64,000 nucleotides of DNA from Octopus sinensis (taxonomy: Eukaryota). The stretch covers positions 65,782,001-65,846,000 of the forward strand of contig NC_043003.1 in NCBI RefSeq assembly GCF_006345805.1, given 5' to 3'. Shown here one piece after another: positions 39,280 to 52,225 of the stretch. The position numbers and the translations under genes were made by a program. How positions within the stretch are numbered: the stretch's first letter is position 1; the number at the start of each line of letters is the position of its first letter. The notes under the pieces are model-generated. The model searched no databases and was not told the origin of the DNA. It saw only the letters and a program-made list of their open reading frames with translations.

Positions 39280-40210
39280 GTAAATGACATGGACCACACT
39301 CCCATTCGTTTTTTTTTTTGGGGGGGGGGGTTTCTACGGAAACCCACCTTTTCGACTGCGGTGATTCCGAATCTGCAAAAAAAAAAAAAAAATCGGCATT
39401 TCAAAATTTTAATTTCTGCCCCGCAATTTTTCACTTATTTAAGGAATTTGTTTTGGCGAAATACGTTGAAAAATACGGAGATTATGATATTCTGAGAAAA
39501 AACAAATTTAAAATAAATAAATATATCAGCACTCTTTCCACTCCGCCAGCGGATCTGTGACAAAAAGTGAACATGTTGTGAGTAAGGCTTTTGTGGAATT
39601 AAGAGAGGTATGTAAAAATTAGCTTTTTTTTAACACAAACACACACACAACAAAATGACACTAAATATTTTTTTTTCTGCTTTGGTAATTCGTATTCAGA
39701 AAGTCGATCTTCGGTTTGGCTGTTGTTTCTAGCTTGTCAGAATTTCCGGCTGCAGCACACATAAAAATTGAAGATTTTGAACACACAAAAACACGTTTTC
39801 AAAATTTTAATTTTCCTCCTCAGCAAGCAAAGAAAAAATGGGGTGGGTGAAATTCAAATTTTGAAAACGTGATTCGTCGTTTAGCTGCTGTTTCTAGCAT
39901 GTCGAGTTTTCTGTTTACATACTTTTTACGCCTGCTATTTCAGCAGGAGGGGTGTTAATTCTTTTTCTTTGAAAACTTAAAATTTTACAAATATATATTT
40001 TTTTTCAGTATCATAATCACCGTAGTTTTCTACGTATTTCGCCAAAATAAGTTCTATAAAAAGTGAAATAAATGAGAGAGAGAGAAGTGGAATTAAAATT
40101 TTGAAATGCCGATTGTTTTTGCAGATTCCGAATCTCCGCAGTCGAAAAGATGGGTTTCTGGAGAAAAGAAGAAACAATCCGAAGTGGGTGCGATCCATGT
40201 CCTTTTACCT
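39280..40210. repeat. Old long inverted repeat (foldback-type element)
   Basis: ~39280-39520 mirrors ~40210-39985 (gacatgga..gaaaccca.cttttcgactgcgg.gatt..aatcggcatttcaaaattttaatt..tttggcgaaatacgt.gaaaa.tacgg.gattatgata). A smaller inner IR lies at ~39790-39872. Confidence 0.75.
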
Positions 40211-41199
40211 CCACTGATGTGCTCTACGAAAAGTTGCCGTGCAGCTTCTTCAATGGTTTCTTTTCCTCGTGATACATGATTCATATTCTCAATCATCAGA
40301 GCCTGAAAAAGAAAAGAAAAGAAAAGAAATTAGACATCAGCATTTAGCCAGCAATTTAGTCTACAGAGTTAGACGTCTATGCAAATATTTAATTCTATGA
40401 GATACCAAAGTCACGTGGCCTAATGGTTAGGATGTTGCACTCATGATCACCACATTCCTGGACAGGGCAGCGTGTTATGTTCTGGAACAAAATACTTAAT
40501 TTCACTTTGATCTAATGCTATGTCGGGACCAGGATGTCAAAGAATAATCACAACGTTTCTTCTGCGTGTCGTAAAAAGGGTACCAAAATAGGTAGAGGTA
40601 GGATTTGCACTCTCACCCCGTAAAAGTCTCACCAGCTTTGACCACCTGAAATCAAAGGTATGGGTTGAAGTTGTTGCCTGAGCGCGGCAGCATTATCATC
40701 CGCCAAGAGTAGGAAACCGCCAACAAATGGCATTTGAAGCGACGCGTTGTTATTGTGTATGTCCCCTAACAAACACCAAAATCAACATACCAGACGAACA
40801 CCAAAATGTATCCAGCATGGTACGTAGAATTGTTCACACATATATATCTATGTAAGAGGCGGGCATGTTGCTTTATTTTTTGTTCATTTTTGTGTCTTGA
40901 TTATGTTTGCACTGACGATTAAAAATTACATTTTGTGCACTAATTATTAAATCATATGATCTGCGGCTGAAACTACTTTTAAGAGGCTCGCTTCGATAGT
41001 TGCATTCCCTCGCGTTTGGTACAAGTGTATTTATTATGGTAGCTTTTACTTTAAGAGTCCCTCCTGGCGTGAGGCATTTATGTATAGTAATGCCCTTCAT
41101 ATAAATAAATATATTTAAAGGGAATAATAAATACATTTTCCCTTATGAGGTTTTTCATGCTAACTACTTGATAAATTAGTATAAAGATTTTATCCTATT

Positions 41200-41978
41200 T
41201 TAAAATTGTATAGGGTCAAAGAACGGCTGAGTGTGCTGTCCAGGAAGACAAACTTGTCTACCACCTTCAGAATTGTTCCTTCAACCAAGGTAGCTGGTCC
41301 CACATATGGATATCCTGGTGCAGGCTGGATCATTACTACAGTCTTGTCCAGGCTAATGCTGAGTGCAAATGACCCTTTACAAACGTTATGTAAGGGTCTT
41401 TGAACGCTTTCATCAGAGACGTCTCAGATACATTCTAAATGACCGCTGGACCAGACACACAGGTCCTAAGGACAGCTGATATCTTAAGTATTGATACGAT
41501 GGTGCAGAAGCACCGGTTACATTGGACTGGACACCTTATTAGAATGAAGTATAGCAGGATCCCTAAGCAGATGCCATATGAGGAACTTGTGAATGGAAGG
41601 ACATACCGGCAGAAATGAAGGCTGAGGTTTAAGGACAGTGCAAATCCTCACTAACGGCCTGTGATATGCAGCAGACTGACTGGGGGAAGCAATGCTTGTC
41701 ATCGCCAAAGATGGAGGAAGCAGGTTAAGGAGGGGTCGAAACTTTTAAGAGAGCACGTGTTCAGCATGAAGACCTTAAGCGTGCTCCTTGAAAGCACACT
41801 GCTGGAGTAGTGAATGGGGAAAGATTGGTCTGCAACGTTTGCTGTCGTGTATGCTTGTCAAGAGCAGGTCTCATTAGCCACCAACGGAGCGCAAATGCGA
41901 AATATGAGTTAGTTCTAGCGCGCAGTGTTCCGGAAGTTCAGCAATGGTCTTCTTCGGCCACGAGTGGACGGTCATCAT
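41200..41978 (+). mobile_element. RTE-clade LINE 3' fragment with inverted 5' segment
   Basis: Plus, ~41385-41978: FERFHQRRLRYIL, HRLHWTGHLIRMKYSRIPKQMPYEEL, CNVCCRVCLSRAGLISHQR, then a 3' tail into (TA)n. Minus, ~41385-41200: FALSISLDKTVVMIQPAPG..LKVVDKFVFLDSTLS. Confidence 0.85.
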
Positions 41979-42021
41979 ATATATATATATGTATGTATAT
42001 ATGTATATATGTATATATAGA

Positions 42022-42089
<68 letters not shown>

Positions 42090-42374
42090 TACATATACAT
42101 ATATATACATATATGCATATAAAATATATATGTATGTATAAACGTATGTAGGTAATACTCTTTTACTTGTTTCAGTCATTTGACTGCGGCCATGCTGGTG
42201 AACTGCCTTCAGTCGAGCAAATCGACCAAATCGACCCCAGGATTCATTCTTTGTAAGCCTAGTACTTATTCTATCGGTCACTTTTGCGGAACCGCTAAGT
42301 TAGGGGAACGTAAACACACCACCATCGGTTCTCAAGTGATGTTAGGGGACACAGACACACAAATATATACACAA

Positions 42375-42423
<49 letters not shown>

Positions 42424-42579
42424 ATAATATATATATATATATATTTCTTATATATATATATATGTATGTATACACATATATACGACGGGGTTCTTTCAGT
42501 TTCTACCAAATCCACTCACACAAGGCTTTGGTAGGCTCGAGGCCACACACACACAATATATATATATACACACACACAC

Positions 42580-42610
<31 letters not shown>

Positions 42611-42658
42611 GATTATATATATATATATACAATATGTATATATACAGAGAGAGAGAGA

Positions 42659-42702
<44 letters not shown>

Positions 42703-43001
42703 CAGACAAGAGAGAGATATGTTTTTCAAAAAGTTAAGATTAAGAAAATAAGTTTTTAGAGATTAGAGTGGTACTAACCATACAATAGCCGTAATACGTA
42801 CTTGATAATTTTGAGAACTGAAAGCGCCTGCACATTTATTGAAGCCTATATACAATTTTTGAAATTCCTTCCTAAATGCTAGAACAATTCTATTCTCTAA
42901 AATGTTTTTTTAAAAGTTTCTTTCTCTAAATATCATAAATACACACACACACATTTTCCCTCTTGCTCTCTCTCTCTCTCTCTCTTTCACCACACACACA
43001 C

Positions 43002-43056
<55 letters not shown>

Positions 43057-43228
43057 TACTTTGGGCTTCTATACAGATTCTGTTTACCAAATTCAGTCTG
43101 AAGTCATTGGTCTTCTGGAATCTCGATGTGACTCGCCGCCACAGTTGGACTGAGGACCAGACGTGTTTCCAAGACGAACTTCTTAGCTACACAGCTACGC
43201 CTTCGCTTATGTGGTGTATATATATATA

Positions 43229-43278
<50 letters not shown>

Positions 43279-43279
43279 T

Positions 43280-43311
<32 letters not shown>

Positions 43312-43697
43312 TTATTTTGTTTATTGTAAAATGAAGACGTGCTGCGTTGAAATTAATTGTGCCAGTTTCGAGATACAGAACAAGAAGAAGAAAAAAACAT
43401 CATGGGAACTGAACCGAGTGTTATTTGAGATAGCCACGCTGTGTTGTTTATTTCTTAGCTATCATTTCCAAAGCGCATTTCCTTTGTCATTAGCAACATA
43501 GCAATATCTCTACTTACCTATTACATGCCATTAATTGGATTCATCTTCCACGACTCTTCCACGACAAAAGCATATTTACAAACTAGAAGTTAGCATTACA
43601 TGTACATGTAAGCATAAGCATGCATCGAAGTGTATCATATATATATATAAATATTCACATATATGTATGTATATACATATATATACATACATATATA

Positions 43698-43740
<43 letters not shown>

Positions 43741-43822
43741 TGTGTATGAATATGTATTTACGTATGTATGCATGCATACATCTATATACACATGCATAGA
43801 TACATACATGTATATATATATA

Positions 43823-43863
<41 letters not shown>

Positions 43864-46139
43864 TATATTCTATATATGTATATGTTATATTATTTAAGTA
43901 AACTAAATGGACAGCTAGATAAATATGCATATGTCAAATGCTGTTACATTCTTAATATCCAGTAAATTGCGTTCACTTATGCAAGAATATATTTCAGGAA
44001 AATGAAGATGTGTAAATTTCTATATTACTTGGATCATTAAATGAATAAGACTTTCCTTATTTTCTATATTTATATCAATTAACAGCATCCATTGAGTTGT
44101 CAGAATAACAAGAACGACTCTATACGAGAGCATAGTATTTCTACTCCAGTTCCGACTTGCTCATCGAAGAACTAGCGCTGAATATATTTGCAATGTTTCT
44201 TATACAAACATGGCAACAAGATAATCAATTCTCGTTCCCATATCCTGTTGCCTTAAGATAATTGCTGTTTCAATAATCACATCAAAGATGGCTCATTTCC
44301 AAATAAATCTATTACATACTGTCAGTTTGTAATTGGCTAAGATTGATAAATCTGGCTTCTTGTCAACGTTTCTCTAATAGTAAGAAATATAGCAATTCTA
44401 CTCCTGCTCACTAGTAAGGCTACTACAAGCTGCAACGATATTGTAAATGTAGAATCCGAATATAAATTAAATTAATACATAATTTGTGAAAACACAACCG
44501 CAGAAATACAAGTAGGAGGATCTAGATGATGGGTCTAGTATTATTTTATTTATGATGAACATAAAATTAGAAAAATTGGAGACGAACAAACGATTTAAGT
44601 TGCTTTGAAAGATTTAATTTATGTTGTCTACATTTAATATATAATTATTATATAGCCCTGACGTATCTTCGTTGATGTTCAGTTTGTTTCAAGTTTTCTA
44701 TCAGGTGTCTAATGTTAGAATAATTCAATGAATTCTTTTGTTTGGCCATCTTTCCCATTAATCTGACAGACGATTCTACGTAAGCCATGAATGGTGAATT
44801 TTCTCCTCTCAGTAGAGTCCAAAAGTTCGTAGAACCCGTTTGAAATATTGATTTCGTGTTACATTGGGATTTTTTCTAAATAGAATTTCTCTACACAAAG
44901 GTGAAATGTTATCCTTTTCGCTGTCACCACCCCCAAAATATGGAATGATATTAAACATTGGAAATGGTTTTGCCGTCATACACTGTATATGGGTAACACT
45001 TTTAATTTCCCTTGAATTTTTCAAAAATAGTCAAGGGAAATTATATTCACACGCATTATTCATGTTATTACCTTAATTCACAACAAGGTAATTATAACAT
45101 CTAATTGCTACCTTGCTGAGGCATTTAGAAAAACAAATGCAATGCTTCTCTTTCTTTCTCTCTCTCTCTCTCTCTCACACACACAACAGACAGACACACA
45201 CATACACACAGACAAACACACACCCACCCACATACATATATACACACGATGGGCTTCAGCACGGTTTCTGCCCTTCGTATACACTCGCAAGGGTCTAATC
45301 GGCTCGGGCCTAACTAGAAAAGTCACTTGCTCTCAAGTGGCTGCCCAGTGGAGCTGAAACAGAAAACCCCATGGCTGCAAAACTAATTTCTGAGCCACAT
45401 AAACGAGTGTGCAACTATTCCTATGAATGTATTTGGATCAATAGACACGTTACACCTATTTTTAGATACCTGAATTTTATCAAAAATTAACAATATCTTT
45501 ATTAGAAATATTTTCTAACAACTTCCCCATTGATTGCATATTTGGTGGAAGGTCATCAATGTCATAAAGATTTTGAAACGCTCTTAAACATAGTGTGGCT
45601 ACGAAAGATAAATTATCTCGAGCTTTGATTTTATGGACAAATATTTGAGATTTATCAATGGATAATAGAAAAGATTATATTGATAAATATTCGTTATGTT
45701 GAAAATTTCAGTCGAGAATTTGGCAGAGATATAATTCTCATTTGTCGTGATGTTTCCTTCGGGCGTTTACTTTTTTATTTTTGAAGAATACGAACGTAAA
45801 ATCATTCATTTTATCAACAACGATTGCATATACAAGATAATATATTCTACCCATAGGCTAAATGAATTCTTGTCCATATCCTTTGAGATTTTTTGATAGA
45901 TACATCGGATATTGTGTCAAGATAAATGCAAGAAACAAAAAGTGTTTAAACGCACATACACACACACTCACACATGCACACCACACACATCCATACACAC
46001 ATCTACACACACACACATATATATAATACACACCTACATATATATACATATATATACAGACATACATGCATACATACATATATACATATACGCATATATA
46101 TATATATCTATATATATCTATATCTGTCTGGTCTGTCTG

Positions 46140-46200
<61 letters not shown>

Positions 46201-46232
46201 ATATATAATATATATTATATATTATATATATA

Positions 46233-46274
<42 letters not shown>

Positions 46275-46319
46275 GTATGTATATGTATGTTGTATGTATA
46301 TATAATATGTATTCATATG

Positions 46320-47110
46320 ACTACCAATCAGTAGTGAAAATTACTACACCGTATATTCTCCATCCTATGCGATGTATTTACATCATCGATGAACCAAACA
46401 CGCGAATTGTCTTTGAAAACTTCATTTTTGTTCATTTGTACCTACCTCTTTGTAATCATTTTCATCTCATCTACGTGAACAAGACTTTGTACCCAAAAGC
46501 GGTTTTTCACCCGACCGAACATGTTGAAGCTGAAGGGCACTAGATGCGGTCTGTAGAATGGACGGAGGACAACTAATTACTTTAATTTTCTGTTGGTCTG
46601 ATTTGTTCCCTAAGGGATATACTCTGGTGCACTTTCATGAGTAACAAGAATCGCCTAATTTCTGCGCAGGCCCGTTTGGCATTTCCTGTGTAACGATCAC
46701 AGTTACCAGCTCAAAAACGTTCAAGAAAGTGAATGTGAATGAATTCCTTGTAATCTCTTTAAACTGTCATGATGACTGTATGTGCTGATTCTTGGCTCTT
46801 GAAGACTTTAGGCTTTGGAGAAGATCTGAGACGCCATTTTATGTACTAAGCTTACGTTTTTCGGTAGTAAAGTTACGCTCGCATTCTATCCCTCGAAACC
46901 AAATTGAGAAAGATCGTATCTTTATCTTTCAACAACTCAGAGCAGTCTACTAAACATCTTCCGTTCAAATCGGATTGTATTTACAGAATTGCCTTATTTG
47001 AACACAGTCAACAATACCCAAGATCTTCCAGTCGTGGAGCAATCCCATAGCCAATGGTGTCAATAAGTCGAAACACATCATCTCCCAGTGCGTATATTTT
47101 CTTCAATGCT
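46320..47110 (-). mobile_element. Heavily decayed mariner transposase relic
   Basis: Minus frames: WRLRSSPKPKVFKSQESAHTVIMTV, THESAPEY, LRPFYRPHLVPFSFNMFGRVKN, DEMK, resembling SPxPKKFK..SAGKVM / HDNA / HPPYSPDLAP motifs. Confidence 0.65.
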
Positions 47111-47719
47111 TCTTAAACGTCTTCTAGCCACATAGTTCCAGGTTCAATGACAATGCGTGTCTTGTACAAGTGTGTTGTGCTATAGCCACGAACCGACCAA
47201 TACATTGTGAGTGGATTAAGTTGACGGAAACTGAATGAAACCAATCCAGTATCTGTTTGTGTGCGTGTGAGAATGTGTGTCTTTGTGGGTGTGTTCCCAC
47301 TCCAACGGCCTGACAAAGGGCGTTGACGCTCATACGTCCCCGTAACTTAGCGATTCTGCAAAAGAGACTTCTAGAAAAAATACCTAACTTGAAAAAAAAA
47401 AAAAGAAAAGAAAAATACCAAGGTGATACACCAGAATGGCTGCAGACAAATGAATGATGCAATTAAAAGACGAAAGTTAAAAGAGAAAAGAATGAGTTAA
47501 CATTGCTCTTTCTAATGGTATCGTCTTTGAAAGGATTATATACCCTTCAACGGATGACGGAAAACCTACCATCCCACTTCATCTTCAAGAACTCATTGAA
47601 GATTAACAGGAATAACATTTACTATACCTGGCAAATTACTATAGCAACATAACCAATTGCACGACCTATGTCGGTTCATAGTATGTATGGTAAATATTTC
47701 TGCGTTATGCATGGTATAT

Positions 47720-47755
<36 letters not shown>

Positions 47756-47816
47756 ATATTTATATATATATGTGTGTATATATTATTTATATATATATAT
47801 ATATTATTACAGATAG

Positions 47817-47869
<53 letters not shown>

Positions 47870-48113
47870 ATACACAGATAGATAGATAGATAGATAGATA
47901 GATAGTTAGATAGACAGATATTCTTTTATTCTCTTACTTATTTCAGTCATTTGAGTGCGGTCATGCTGAAGCACCGCCTTTAGTCGAGCATTTCTTGGTG
48001 GGCTAGCACCTATTTTATCGGTCTATTGTGCCAAACCGCTAATGTACGGGGACGTAAAGACTCCAACATCAGCTGCCAAGAGATGATGGGGGTACAAACA
48101 CATAAACACACAA

Positions 48114-48152
<39 letters not shown>

Positions 48153-48156
<4 letters not shown>

Positions 48157-48810
48157 TCCGTAATAATGAAGGGTGAAATTATTAATTTGGAATAATTATC
48201 AATTACACCAAGTAGTCTTCGGCATGTAAAAGCCTCATTCGAGGAAAATTTAAGTAATACTAAGCAATAAAGGGTTAGCAACGAATTGCCTTACCACATA
48301 CCGAATTAGAAATAGCAGTCAAAGAGTTATAGCTATTTCTTCTACTAAAAAGGAGATCTCAGTAAAAACAGCAATTGGAAGGCAGACACAAACAGGTAAG
48401 AGAGAATGAATTGACGGCAATCTATCATACATTTTAAAGTTATCTACGGACGTACGTTTCGAAATCAAGTTTTTAGGAAAGCATCAGAATAAATATTAAA
48501 TATTAAATAATTCTATCTTACCGAAACTTCTTTTCTCTTCAGCGTAGAATACTATAATCATAAATGATTATATATTGAATTTTGAGATACTAGAAGGCAC
48601 CAACTCAACTCAGTATCAGAGCGAGCTAGAATCCGCAACTAGTATCACCGAATTCAATGTGTGAATGAAACGATTGTGTCACCAGCCCCTTCCCACCCGC
48701 GTGTAGCCAAAACAAGATGCTGTGGTCATCTACTGAGATAAAATATGGTTATCCGTAATAATGAAGGGTGAAATTAATTAATTTGGAATAATTATCAATT
48801 ACACCAAGTA
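48153..48810 (-). mobile_element. Short non-coding HHR-bearing element, partial tandem (595-nt unit + 62-63 nt terminal direct repeat), retrozyme/pLTR-like
   Basis: 48153-48214 recurs at 48748-48810 (gttatccgtaataatgaagggtgaaatt...acaccaagta). Both ends are flanked by (TA)n, and it sits inside a SINE. It contains the HHR at 48443-48548. Confidence 0.85.
48443..48548 (-). ncRNA. Type I hammerhead ribozyme, canonical core
   Basis: Minus strand: stem I UCUACG/CGUAGA (6 bp), CUGAAGA, stem II GAAA/UUUC plus AAGUUU/AAACUU, GAAAC-GUAC-GUC. Palindromic tetraloop; predicted cut between 48449 and 48448. Confidence 0.85.
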
Positions 48811-50025
48811 ATATATATATATATATATATATATATACGACGGGCTTCTTTCAGTTACCGTCTACCAAATCCACTCAAGGTTACAGCACACTACATAAGT
48901 CCAAGGTGCCGCGCAGTGACACTAAACCGGCAACCATGTGGTTAGGAAGCAAACTTCTCACCAAGCAATCACGCCTGCGCCATTATATATATACATGTTG
49001 GACTGTAGCCATGCAGAACATTCCCTTTGAACGCTAGTAATTGACCATATTGGCGTGGGGATCCTTGCGACCCGAGATATTGGATCCACACGCCAACATT
49101 GTCAATTTGCAGCGGCCAAAGGGAGACAATCCCTTGTTGTTGACAGAATAACGAAGTCTTTTCTTTCTCCATTTACTAGAGAGGCCACTTGCTAGAGAGG
49201 GTATATGAAGAAACGCTTCAAAGTTAAGCGTTTTATGGACGTGAAACTCATGGCAAACCTATAAACCTGTCATATCTACCGTTATGTATGTATGTATGTA
49301 TGTATGTATGTATGTATGTATGTATCTATCTATCTATGTGTGTGAGTGTCTGTATGATCTGGTGTGCGTGTGTGTCTATGTATATATGCATACCGGTATA
49401 TACGAGGGTCATAGAGGTAATGAATGAGGGTTGGTTAGATTGACAGATTCATTTCTAAGCTAAGTGGTTGAACTATCATAACAGGATATCTTACTTGATA
49501 AAGTATTGTCTAAAACAAAACTATTCGATATTCACAAATACCACATTGGATTAATTCCACAATCTGTCCAGCTTGATTTTCATGCACAAATGTATGGTTA
49601 TTTGATTGTGTCACTTTTATTTTTATTCATATATATATATCTATTATACTCTCTGCAAAGATTCTTACAGTAAATCGATTTGATTGGAAGCTAATGTGGA
49701 TGTTGAAAGTAGTGACAGTTTTAATCAATAGCAAGCTTTCTCTGCGACAGCTTTTGCTAAGGAATGTAAAAGCAATTGCTGAACATTTGCTATTGTTTCT
49801 CTGGAACCGAGGTCGCTGGATGGTGAACTGGGAATTATGTATTATTAAGATAGCGTTTGGTTTGACGGGGGTTTAAATATTTTTTGTACACTGTCTGATA
49901 TCCATAATAAAAAATATCTCAATTGTGAAACAGTTCTCTGAGATTTAGTATTAGTTCGGTATGAAATTTGACATTTCAGTCATAGAATACACACATACAC
50001 ACACACACACACACACGTGTGCATG

Positions 50026-50061
<36 letters not shown>

Positions 50062-50067
50062 CATACA

Positions 50068-50882
50068 TAGGTCTGATCAATAAGTATCCGGACTGTTGCC
50101 ATAGTAACAAAGCTTAAAACATACAGAGTGAAGTCGATTGGCACAGATTGACCTTAAACTCTGCTGTGCATGCGCACTACGTTTTAACGTTCTATCTTAC
50201 TTCCGTTGTTTACAGCAGTACCTGGAATGAAAGTATGTAGCGTGTCATCGTCACATTCACCATGACAGAGAAAGTTGAGCAGTATATCTGCGTCAAATTT
50301 TGCCAAAAGTTTGGCGATTCCTGTTCACAGAACTACGCAAGTTTTCATACTTCTCGATATAACGACAGAGATTTTGTGCAACTGAAACCCTGGCATATTT
50401 CTCGTCAACAGAAAGCTGTTTTGGCACAAACGTGGTGGACACGCTCTCATATCAAATCTTCAGTGATAATGGACTGAACTGAACTGCAACTAACTTGCAC
50501 ATCCTTTGATAACTCAGGGATTGTGATTCGACGATTTCTCCTCGCAGCTGCACGCAGATCTGTGATGTTCTTCACAGTGCTCCTGGTTGCGGAATTCCAG
50601 AACGTCCGTCAGTATCGATATTTTTACGAGCCATGTTGGAAACGTCTGAACCCCTCATACACTTGTGTGCGTCTCATTCACTCCTTTCCATACACTTTCT
50701 GCAACTTTGTGTAGGCCTCTGAGCATGTATCGCCATAACATCTTTTACTGTCATAGTCAATGCGACGATCAAGCTCTATACACTTTCGTTCTAAGTACTG
50801 CGGTAAACAGCAGAAGTGAGCTAGAACGTTCAACTTTAAAGCGCATGCACATCAGAGTTCAAGATTAGTCTGTGCCAAGTGA
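50068..50882. mobile_element. Two convergent 5' portions of one mariner family
   Basis: Plus 50068-50345: left end and MTEKVEQYICVKFCQKFGDSCSQ. Minus 50882-50385: homologous 5' UTR and GDTCSEAYTKLQKVYG..RRITIPELSKDV..IITEDL..TFVPK. Confidence 0.8.
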
Positions 50883-51199
50883 TATTCTTTGATATCTCTT
50901 ATTTCCATTCCGTGGATCATATTGAAGCCACGTGGTCTCCGTTTCTAGCATAATATTTGCCTTTTCGGCAAGGAAGTGTTTTCCAGCATTGCGTCGTGTC
51001 CGCTCGGGAGTCCAAATTTAATCTGGGTAGACGGACACGATTCAGAAAACAGCCGAATGGGTCTCAATATTCTCAGCTTCTAGAGTTAATCTTTTCTCAG
51101 GTTCAACACTACGATCTACTTTAGTAGAGAATCAAACCATATAGTTGATGAGTGTTTGGGATTTTTCTCTAATTCTCACTTCAATTCTCTCGTAATATA

Positions 51200-51412
51200 T
51201 TCGAGAGGGTGCTGAAAAGATCCTGACTTTAAAGGTATTGGACAGGCCTGGTTGGAGGCCCAACATTCCGAGTTCTTTTACAAGACTTAAAATGAAGGAC
51301 CGCTGCAGTATGTGAAGGAGAGAGGGGAATATGTTCACTAAAACCCTAATTGACAGGTCCTTCTTTTTCTTCCTTTTACCCAAAACCAGGAACGTTTTAG
51401 CACCTCCTCGTA
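51200..51412 (+). mobile_element. Mariner-derived MITE
   Basis: TIRs cgagagggtgctgaaaagatcctgacttt / aaaaccaggaacgttttagcacctcctcgTA; interior resembles a transposase C-terminus (SEFF..GEYVH*). Confidence 0.75.
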
Positions 51413-51730
51413 TACTGTAATAATAACGAAGCAACATTTTTGCTTCGCGGGGTGTCTGTGGATCTGAATGAAAGGAAGTAAAATATATTTGCCAGAGAGA
51501 AAATGCATATAAACAAAGATAAATAAGCTATGGCTAAGCACATTTGGTCCAATCTCACACTCAGGAAGCAATATCATTTTTTAAAACTCTTTTTTAATAA
51601 AACAATATATACGCCTATCAATTAATTATTGTAATACTACAATTCAAGCGATTCAGTGACTTTTCAACTTTGTAATAACAAAGGGAGCATATTCAGAATA
51701 TATATATATATATATATCTATATAATATAC

Positions 51731-51790
<60 letters not shown>

Positions 51791-51845
51791 CGTGTGTGTG
51801 TGTGTATGCATGTATATATATATATATATAATATATATATATATA

Positions 51846-52225
51846 TAATCAATAATAATAAAGGGTAAAATTAATTAATTAATAATTAATAATTTTTTGC
51901 CAAGTAGTTCGGTATGTTAAAAGAACCATTACCGGTAAACTTACACAAAAATTCTATAATTATGAGTATAATTATAATTAGGGTTCAGCAAAACTTCCTT
52001 CGCCACATACCGAAATTTAGAAATGGCAGTTAAAACCTACTATTCTACTTCTATGAGATATCTCCCAGGTATATACCTGCGTGAATTGTTGAATATTGCT
52101 ATCTGAGAGATATCTTATGGTAGTAAAATAGTAGTTTTTAACTGTTATTTCTAAATTTCGGTATGTGGTGAAGGAAATTTTTGCTGAACACTAATTATAA
52201 TTATGCTCATAATTATAGAATTTTT
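51846..52225. mobile_element. TA-flanked foldback element related to the 3' part of the 48153-48810 family
   Basis: Inverted arms ~51944-52060 and ~52105-52225, with a one-sided ~100-nt extension. Shares aataat..aagggt.aaatta, ccaagtag..cgg.atgt and ccacataccgaa..tagaaat.gcagt.aa with 48160-48325. Confidence 0.65.

Larger units (their letters stand above)
47925..48981 (-). mobile_element. Dominant SINE split by the HHR element
   Basis: Head at 48836-48981 and 3' half at ~47925-48115; the 48153-48810 element sits in its internal (TA)n. Confidence 0.85.
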
